Source: Octopus sinensis
Lineage: Eukaryota
Assembly: GCF_006345805.1 (NCBI RefSeq)
Contig: NW_021834556.1
Span: 1-46,486, forward strand
DNA length: 46,486 bases
Direction: 5' to 3'
Under the pieces are notes generated by a model, which was given only the letters and a program-made list of their open reading frames with translations, did no database searches and was not told the DNA's origin. Positions 38,115 through 46,486 of this stretch are shown piece by piece. A program made the translations under genes and the position numbers. Within the stretch, counting starts at the first letter, position 1. Each line of letters opens with the position of its first letter.

Positions 38115-38679
38115 TCTGTGTGTGTGTGTGTATTTGTATGCATATATATATATGTATATATGTATATTATATATATATATATATATATAATATATATATA
38201 TATATTATATGTATGTGTGTATGCCTGTAGGTATTTATAAGGGATTAGCGAGCCGTTGTTTCGTCAGAGAAGATAAACAGGCTCATTTACGTGATCCGAG
38301 TCGCATACCGCTTGCTGGTTGATCACGTTATTGATTATGCGACAGAGTTCTTACTAATCATTATTCACAATACAACTGGCCTGTTACTTAGCGTAGTGAA
38401 ACAGGTGAAGTTCCATAGAAATAAGTTCCGTACACTAACATGCAACAACTTAATGTACTTCATCCAGTTTCCACATTTACGAAGATGTAATAAACTCCCC
38501 ACCGAAATCCAATAACTGTATGCACCTACATTTATATATATATATATATATAATTTAGATTCGGATGAATATGGCACTTAAGCTGAGGCACCAGAAATTA
38601 GTACAGTATTATCCATAAAATTTCAAAATAAGGTGATTAAAATCAATATAAGCAACAAAGATAACTTGTTGCTAAGAGA

Positions 38680-38861
38680 GCAGGCCAACAGAAGAAAGAA
38701 TGAGAGAAAGTTGTGGCGAAAGAGTACAGCAGGGATCGCCACCACCCCCTGCCCGAGCCTCGTGGAGCTTTAGGTGATTTCGCTCAATAAACACTCACAA
38801 CGCCCGGTCTGGGAATCGAAACCGCGATCCTACGACGGCGAGCCCGCTGCCAGGCGCCTCC
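38680..38861 (-). mobile_element. SINE family B, 3'-truncated with a small deletion in the head
   Basis: Reverse complement of the first ~200 bp of 38911-39223. Confidence 0.85.
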
Positions 38862-38910
38862 ACACACACACATATATATATATGTGTGTGTATGTGTGTG
38901 TGTGTGTGTG

Positions 38911-39223
38911 TGGAGGCGCGAATGGCCCGGTGGTTAGGGCAGCGGACTCGCGGTCGTAGGTTCGCGGTTTCGATTCCCAGACCGGGCGTTGTGAGTGTTT
39001 ATTGAGCGAAAACACCATAAGCTCCACAAGGCCGCCGTAGGGGGTGGTGGCGATCCCTACTGTAATCTTTCGCCACAACTTTCTCTCACTCTTTCTTCTG
39101 TTGGCCTGCTCGCTTAGCCAGCGGGGTGGCGTCATTTGAAGGCTAAAACAATGCGAAGCGCATTGTGACCAGCGATGTGTAGCAACATCTGATAGCCTGG
39201 TCGGTCACGGGGATCACGGTGAC
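38911..39223 (+). mobile_element. tRNA-derived SINE family B (tail B1), full length
   Basis: tggaggcgcgaatggcccggtggttagggc (A box), gtttcgattccc (B box), tail ending gtcacggggatcacggtgac. Confidence 0.9.
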
Positions 39224-39250
39224 ATATACATATATATATATATAACGTGG

Positions 39251-39490
39251 CTCTCCGTCGATTGCGACGACACGGTTTCCAGTTGATCCGATCAACGGAA
39301 CAGCGAGCTTGTTAAATTAAGGTGGAAGTGGCTGAGCACTCCACAGACAGGTATACCCTTAACGTAGTTCTCGAGGATATTCAGCGTCACACAGTGTGAC
39401 AAGGCTGGCCCCTTTGAAATACAGGTACTACAGAAGCAAGCAGAAAGAGAGACGGGAAGTTGTGGTGAAAGAGTACAGCAGGGGGTGGTC
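39251..39490 (-). mobile_element. SINE family B2 3' portion
   Basis: Collinear with 3668-3900 (caacggaacagc, gtggctgagcactccacagaca, ttgaaatacaggtac). Confidence 0.8.
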
Positions 39491-39766
39491 GTGAATGTAC
39501 AGTATTAATGTCCAAATCAAATCTATTTAAAAAAAAAAAAAACTTAATTTTAAAGCACATTTTCCCATCTTCAGTTGTATATACCATAATTTTAAAAAAA
39601 TATAATAACTATAAAATATATTTACCTTCATCTATCCACATCAATTCGTAACTCAATGTATTCAGTATATTGAAAAAAGTATGATAAGGAGAAGAAGCAT
39701 ACTTCTTCATCCACATTGAAAGATGCTTTCAAATCTGTCACTGGCCGACAGGGGCAAATTATGTAT

Positions 39767-39823
<57 letters not shown>

Positions 39824-40104
39824 AAGACAAAGGGAGGGAGAGAGTGCAGTTAAAGCCGAACTCCAGAGAGTTGAATGGCCGTTGTTTTTTTTTTTAATAA
39901 AATAAACGGACTTTTCTCCTTGGTACGAAAATGATGAGCGATGTAGTTTCACGATTAATGTACAAACTAAATAAATCTATTTTTTTATAAAAACTAGTTT
40001 TGCATTGACTGTAATAACTAATGAAATAGACTTATCTCGCTCGCCTTACATCATTGTGTGTGTGTTGTGTGTGTATGTATAATGTATTATATTGTCTTAT
40101 ATAT

Positions 40105-40324
40105 GTGTGAGTGGCTCTGTGTTTGTTTTTGCCCTCATCATCACTTGAGAACCGGCGTTTCTTTGTTTACCTCCGCGTGACTTTGCACTTCGGCAAAATA
40201 GATAGACAGAATAAGTACCAGGTTTAAGAAACTTCGGTCAATCTATTCGACTAGAAAAACCCTTCATGGCGGTGCCCTAGTATGGCTGCTATCCAATACC
40301 TGCAACATGTGAAATATAAAAGAT
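40105..40324 (+). mobile_element. SINE family A, old diverged 3' fragment
   Basis: cttcggcaaaatagatagacagaataagtaccagg...ggcggtgccctagtatggc. Confidence 0.6.
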
Positions 40325-40799
40325 ATGGAAACTCTTTTTTTTATTATTTGGGGCTTCATTTGTGAAATTGGATTAAATCCTTGTTGTTGAGGGGAGGAGT
40401 GTGTTGGTATTGCTAATATGATTTTCAGCTAATATTCTCTATGTGACGTTACGTATTTACTGAATATTATGTTTCTCACATTGTCCACATGCTATATGGT
40501 GGCCATTTTGTTTACATTTGTTGGTTTGTTATTATGACCCCCTCCCCCGCCTTTCCCTTCACGTCTAATCTCTTACAAATCTTATTGTTCACAATTGATA
40601 ATCAACGTATCACCATTTATGAAAATAAATTCGTGTATTATTAAATACCAGAAGCATTGAGATTATGCCAAGTTGCAGACACCAAACAAATGTATTTGTT
40701 TAGCAAAAACAAAATAAATTATTTGAATTGCAAAGAGAGCAAACAACAGGTTTTGAAACAGCAACAGTCAACAGAATAAGAACCGAAACATTCCTTTGG

Positions 40800-41830
40800 C
40801 CAGGTCAATGAAAACAGAATATGCGAAGTTACTATTGAAAATATTTTCATTACAACATACTGGTAGAATATTTAGCGACAACAGACAGTAGACATTGACA
40901 TAGCAACTTGAAGAAACTGGATACGTAAAACATCTAACAAAGGAAACGAGATTGCAACCTCAGCGACAACACGCGAAAATTATATTTAAAAATCAGGACA
41001 GATATCATCAACATCTCTAACTAAAGAAATAAATGCTCTCAGAAATTTGATACAACGTTGATCTTGACCCAGGAGTTGACCAGGTTAAAACAACTGTCAC
41101 GTTTCTTTTCAACAAACATTAACAAGCAGAAAGGAAGCTCAACTGAACATGTATTAACAGCAAATTGATCCAGTCAATAATAACTAATTAAGCATAAAAT
41201 ACCAAAGGAAAATTATATTACATATAAACTAATGAAGCAGTTTCAGTATAAATATAAGTTGAAATATCTGACAACATACACCCAAATGATTGTATGAGAT
41301 TAAACTTGACTAGCGGGAATGAAAAATTCACAATTGCCAAAAGTTTACCCGAACGTTTAGTCCATATAAAATATTATCCTACCTACAACAACCCACCAAA
41401 ACTTTGCCTTTATAGTCTAAACCTTGGTTGATAATTTACAACTTAAAATGAATTTGCTGTTTACTTCCATATTTGAAGAGTAATTTGTGTCCCTTTAGAA
41501 GCAGTATGAACCAAGGGGAACACAGCATTAACAAAGGATTTCGGAATTGCAGCCATTTCAACCCTAATTATTGGTACAATAGTAATTGTTTTATGAGTCA
41601 ATTGGAGTGTATTAAATGAAATTGCGAAGATGGAAACTGTTTAGAAGGCCGCTGGAGGAATTCTGATTGGCTGCTTTGTTATGCACAGGAGATCACGCAG
41701 ATTCTGCGCAAAAATTAGTTTGCAAATACTCATAGCAGTGGAATTCTCCATTGTATACTGACTAATTCATTTGATTCAATACCTAAATTCTCATCTATGA
41801 AATCGAGGCATATCCATTTTTAGGAATGAC
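40800..41830 (+). pseudogene. Heavily decayed LINE apurinic endonuclease (RTE/CR1-like) region
   Basis: Broken-frame motifs in correct order: DIDIAT..EET (IDIAxLQET), PERLVHIK (ERxxxxR), YPT (YAPT), HFNP..IG (GDFNAxxG), CILTNSF (LxITNTxF). Confidence 0.45.
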
Positions 41831-42013
41831 AATATAGATATCATTGGGGATCGTTGGCTCAAATAAGCAACACTCTCTACTCTCAAAAACATTTTAATAC
41901 ATGTGCATACAAAAAAAAAAAGGTGCGTATGTGTATATGTATGTTTGTGCGTGGGGTGTATACGTGTATTTTCCTCAATAAATACATATAAAATGGATAA
42001 GATGTAAGCAATT

Positions 42014-42756
42014 GGCGAGCTGGCAGAAACGTTAGCATGCCGAGCTTAGCGGTATTTCGTCTACCGTTACGTTCTGAGTTCAAGTTCCACTGAGGTCGAC
42101 TTTGCCTTCCTTCCTTTCGGGGTCGATAAATGAAGTACCAGTTACGCAGTGGGGTCGATGTAATCTCCTTAATCCCTTTGTCTGTCCTTGTTTGTCCCCT
42201 CTATTTGTAGCCCCTTGTGGGCGGGGTCGATAAATTAAGTACCAGTTACTCACTGGGGTCGATGTAATCGACTTAATCTCTTTGCCTGTCCTTGTTTGTC
42301 TCCTCTATCTTTAGCCCCTTGTGGGTGGGGTCGATAAATGAAGTACCAGTTACGCACTGGGGTCGATGTAATCGACTTAATCCCTTTGTCTGTCCTTGTT
42401 TGTCCCCTCTATTTGTAGCCCCTTGTGGGCGGGGTCGATAAATTAAGTACCAGTTACTCACTGGGGTCGATGTAATCGACTTAATCTCTTTGCCTGTCCT
42501 TGTTTGTCCCCTCTATCTTTAGCCCCTTGTGGGTGGGGTCGATAAATTAAGTACCAGTTACGCAGTGGGGTCGATGTAATCTCCTTAATCCCATTGTCTG
42601 TCCTTGTTTGTCCCCTCTATTTGTAGCCCCTTGTGGGCGGGGTCGATAAATTAAGTACCAGTTACGCACTGGAGTCGATGTAATCGACTTAATCCCTTTG
42701 TCTGTCCTTGCCTGTCCCCTCTATCTTTAGCCCATTGTGGGCAATAAAAGAAATAA
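42014..42756 (+). mobile_element. SINE-like family D copy with internal 6 x 104-bp tandem expansion and ~19-bp TSD
   Basis: Units start at 42119, 42223, 42327, 42431, 42535 and 42639. ataagatgtaagcaattgg at 41997-42015 and 42753-42771. Confidence 0.92.
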
Positions 42757-43419
42757 GATGTAAGCAATTGGTGGATGTAGACGATAATATACTTGCCAAC
42801 CTGAACCAGTAGTAACTGGAGGATTGGTTTTCACCATACACAATATTCCGATTTGGAACAAAAGACTGAATAAACCCATCATGAGATATATACTCCCTGG
42901 TGTAAACCACTGTTTCAGTTATTACCACTACTCAAATACATTCAAAGTACTAAACATCAATACCTGCCGCGTATTGTGTCACATACTGTGACTCTTCGAT
43001 AACCTTGCTAACCAGATTGACTGATAGTAACTCCATTAAAGAGCAACCGACAACAACAACTATAACAACAATATGTTTACAATTTTAATCTCTCCTATTG
43101 TACTATATCCGTTCTTTGCTGGGAACTTCTGAATCTTTGTATTGATCAATGAAATTTACTTTTTTCTTTTCTACTCTCTGTCCGTATACCTTCATGACTG
43201 TTGCTTACTTTCCTCCGCTCAGTTCTCTTCTCTCATTATCTATGAATGTACTAAACCAGTTGTTGCGAATTAGTATTTATAAACATTTAATAACGGTACC
43301 GCAAGAGAAATCTTGCAAACACAGAATTTGCAATTAATAGCAACCACTTACCTCCTCATACATAAACTAATACGCGTTAACAAATGGCATTTCAAAACTG
43401 AAATAGAAATTGAAACGTA

Positions 43420-43617
43420 TACTCTTTACTCTTTTTACTTGTTTCAATCATTTGACTGTGGCCATGCTGGAGCACCGTATTTAGACGAGCAAATCGATCC
43501 CAGGACTTATTCTTTGTAACAATTCTATCGGTTTTTTTTTTGCTGAACCGCTAAGTTACGAGAACGTAAACACACCAGCATCGGTTGTCAAGCGATGTTG
43601 GGGGGGGCAAACACAAA
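43420..43617 (-). mobile_element. SINE family A 3' fragment
   Basis: ttttacttgtttcaatcatttgactgtggccatgctggagcaccg...caccagcatcggttgtcaagcgatg. Confidence 0.8.
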
Positions 43618-43899
43618 TGGTAAATTTGATAATCTCTTGGGATAGCTTCGGCCGGGGAAGTTGAAAGTAAAACACACTGGACAGAGATATTGTTGTGATC
43701 GCCACAAGATTCGAATATCGTAAGTTTAACGAAAGTGATGTAGATCTTAATCCCACTGAATAAACTACTCTATCTGCAGATCAGTTTCAACAACTACTGT
43801 GCTATGTGATATTCGAGCAAAGAGGAAAGGCTCAACATATAAACAATAAACTAGCACTTCAAGGAGAATTAGAAATATAATTACAGTTCTCCTATCTGT

Positions 43900-44400
43900 C
43901 ATCGAAATAATGAAGAACGTCAGAACAAAGAACTTGCTAAGATACCAAAATCTAGGAAGCTGAAAATATGGCATAAAAAGGATAAGTGAAATCGATGAAT
44001 TAGTAAAAGAAATCAGGGAAATTACACTGGCGAAAACAATACATATAAAGAAGGCTCGAGAAACAATCGAACTTCTTGATGGATAACATTACGTTCCGAA
44101 ACAATCCTATAAACGTCTACATACAAATCGAAAATTTAATATAACTGCTGAAACCACACCCACCATGGAGGAAGATCAAAGGTTTTGGAAATCAATATGC
44201 TCGAATCCCAAACAACGCAATCATAATGCACCCGGAATGCATCAATAATTCAGAGACACAGAACATATTAAAGAGCAAATATGGGAAGATATCACTGTTG
44301 AAAGTGATCCAACTGACACTAAGAAAAATATTAATAATTGCATCAAATTCCAGCACATGGCCGGCAGTTATGAGAGGATGTGGTAGTCAGTTACATCAAC
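43900..44400 (+). mobile_element. Decayed R4-like LINE fragment (region upstream of RT)
   Basis: Peptides LAKTIHIKKARE, NITFRNNP and EEDQRFWKSICSNPKQRNHNA parallel the LKAQRLR..QNKAF..KEFWKKIGNNKKEYNAQA segment of the 26450-26670 LINE. Confidence 0.45.
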
Positions 44401-44564
44401 AAAGTCTTGATTGATGTTTTATGTAACTGACAACAGAGGGTGAAAGAGAAAGTTAGTTTGGGCGAGATTTGATTTCAAATAAGAACAGGAAGGAATGTCA
44501 CTAGCATTTTGTCCAACGTGCTGTCGTTCCTGGCAGCTCACCCGGTTGTTAATAGTGGTTTCAA

Positions 44565-44765
44565 CGTTTTGGTACAAAGACAAGGGAGATCGAAGAATAG
44601 GGCTGGTCCATTACATCGACCAAGTACTCATCTGGTACTCGTTTTATCGACTCCAAAATGAGGAAGAGCAAATTCGATCCCAGTAGAATTTGAACTCAGA
44701 ATCTCAGAACAAAAGAATTGCCGCTATCTAATCTTCACGGCATGCTGACGATTCCGCCATCTCAC
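44565..44765 (-). mobile_element. SINE-like family D, diverged copy
   Basis: ctggtactcgttttatcgac...agaatttgaactcagaa. Confidence 0.6.
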
Positions 44766-44959
44766 AATTTTAAACAGCTACAACGACAACAAATACAAAA
44801 CTGACAAGAATCGAAGTAAGTTGCACTATATCGTCATCCTCACTAATGGCTCGTGCAATGTCAATTAAACAACAATTCATCTGCTTTCACTTTTTTTACA
44901 CATTCGTATCTGAATAAGAGAAAAATCCTGGGGGGAAAGTGAAATCACTACCTTTTAAT

Positions 44960-44995
<36 letters not shown>

Positions 44996-45310
44996 AGAAG
45001 AAAATAGAGGGAAATCCAGAGGTAGCATCATCAGCTGTTAGACATTATATATATATATATTTGTAAATGCATATATATATATTGTATATACATAATGCAT
45101 ATATAGATATAGATGATATATAATATTTATATATATATATATTATATATATATGCAGAGAGAGAGATAGAGACGAAGGAACAGATAGACATGAATGGATG
45201 GAAAGATAAATAGATATAGGTATATATACATGCATACACACGAACACACACACACACATACGCACATATATATGTGTGTGTGTGTGTGGGTCTGTGTGGT
45301 TGTGTGCGTG

Positions 45311-46093
45311 TACAGGGTGCGAAGGGTAAATTGTTTCCATTTTATATTTCTAATATTTTGATTTTCTCGACTACACATTAGAGTAGGGTCAGTTGGACAA
45401 TGTGAGTAAAGCAACAACATGAGGCAATTCACTCTGTTGGAAATTTGAAAATGATATGCTGTACCGCTTGGCATTTGCGCCGAATTCTGAGGACACTGCA
45501 AAAATATTTGGTAAGAGTTAGCTGAGTGTAATGGTGATTACGAAGCTCAGAAAAGTCACAGATTGTTCTGATGAGAAAAGAAGTCCTGAATTTGTTGGTG
45601 AGATCGAGGACATGATTCACAACCATTCTTTCAAGTCCATAACCGGGTACGTGAGAGTGTCTGGAATTCTTATCAGGCAGGTACTGCATGAAGACATTCG
45701 GCCAATTTTTTATCCAACCCAACAAGAACAAGACGAAACAGGAGAAACCAGTCGTGGTGGTCAGACAATTTTTGCGTCCACACCTGGCTGCCTATATTAT
45801 GTGTGTGGCACAGTTCAGCGAGAGACCAACAAACTCCGAGTAACACTAAAGAAGAACTGAACGGAAGGATCATGACAGCATTCACCAATTTGCCGAGGAG
45901 ACCGTCCAGTGGAATTTCAGAAGATTCCGAAGTAGTCTGGAGGCTGTGGTCGAAGCCAACGGCGATTTTTATTGAATAAATTTACTCTTAATATCTTAAC
46001 GTAATTTTCGCAAATATACCCGTTAAAATGAGATGTCAGTGTTATTTTCATTCTCGCGGAAATAAAACGACAATTTATTCATCGCACATTGTA
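45311..46093 (+). mobile_element. Internally deleted Tc1/mariner (maT/DD37D-like) element with degenerate ~26-bp TIRs
   Basis: Ends tacagggtgcgaagggtaaattgt / acaatttattcatcgcacattgta. N-terminal KRSPEFVGEIEDMI..LIRQVLHEDIR and C-terminal TKEELNGRIMTAF..LEAVVEANGDF remnants. Confidence 0.8.
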
Positions 46094-46486
46094 TGTATGT
46101 CTGTGCGTGTGCGTATATATATATACATATATATACATACACACCCACACACCGACACTCACGCACACAAACAAACGTATATATATAAATATATATATTA
46201 ATGTATATACGAATGAATTACTGTTCACATACGCTCACAAATTTCCCACTCTATGTCTTTCTCTCTCTATCTCTCTCTCTCTCTCACTTTCTCTTATATA
46301 TGCTTATGCATATATTTGTTTAAATATACATACATATATTCATATGCACGTATTTATAGATCTGTGTTTGTATAATAGGAAAATTGACTGTATTTTCATG
46401 ATATAGATAATACCAGCGAGTGTCTGTTTATTTCTTTGTGATATATATACACACACACACGCACACACACACACACACACACACAC

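Noticed and set aside
38571-38606. CGGATGA..tgg/cca..GAAA..GTA hammerhead-like spacing
   Set aside because: Core mismatch, only a 3-bp helix II, and no helix I.
38911-38985. tRNA gene-like sequence (also 16740-16817 and 3975-4044)
   Set aside because: A and B boxes are present but there is no complete cloverleaf acceptor stem, and each continues into a shared repeat body. These are SINE heads.
41336-41760. SLCO/OATP-like peptide fragments (KSLPERL, FGIAAISTLIIGTIV, AAGGILIGCFV)
   Set aside because: Spacing does not fit, there are multiple stops, and the segments lie in different frames. A decayed LINE endonuclease explains the region better.
42119-42742. CRISPR-like regular repeats (also 28459-28600)
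   Set aside because: Units are contiguous with no unique spacers, there are no cas genes, and the context is eukaryotic.

Overview
AT-rich, repeat-saturated animal genomic DNA with no host exon I can support. All long ORFs in the track are microsatellite artefacts or transposon debris. The repeat landscape suggests an octopus/cephalopod genome (inference): dense (TA)n/(CA)n/(TAA)n tracts, four families of tRNA-headed SINEs, decayed R4/Dong-like and RTE-like LINEs, and mariner/maT/pogo remnants. The standout signal is a set of type I hammerhead ribozymes (HHRs) read directly from the sequence. Five have complete catalytic cores and paired helices: 10605-10665(-), 36190-36271(-), 36720-36801(-), 37244-37327(+) and 37926-37968(+). 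One more is disrupted by an insertion, and several are decayed relics. Three sit in a ~530-bp tandem/inverted array (36040-37610) that would self-cleave into a 530-nt unit-length RNA. This is a retrozyme-like or Penelope-type non-autonomous element. The HHR elements belong to several unrelated sequence families, lie between (TA)n tracts, and three show head-to-head inverted architecture. Ribozyme activity and novelty are untested.
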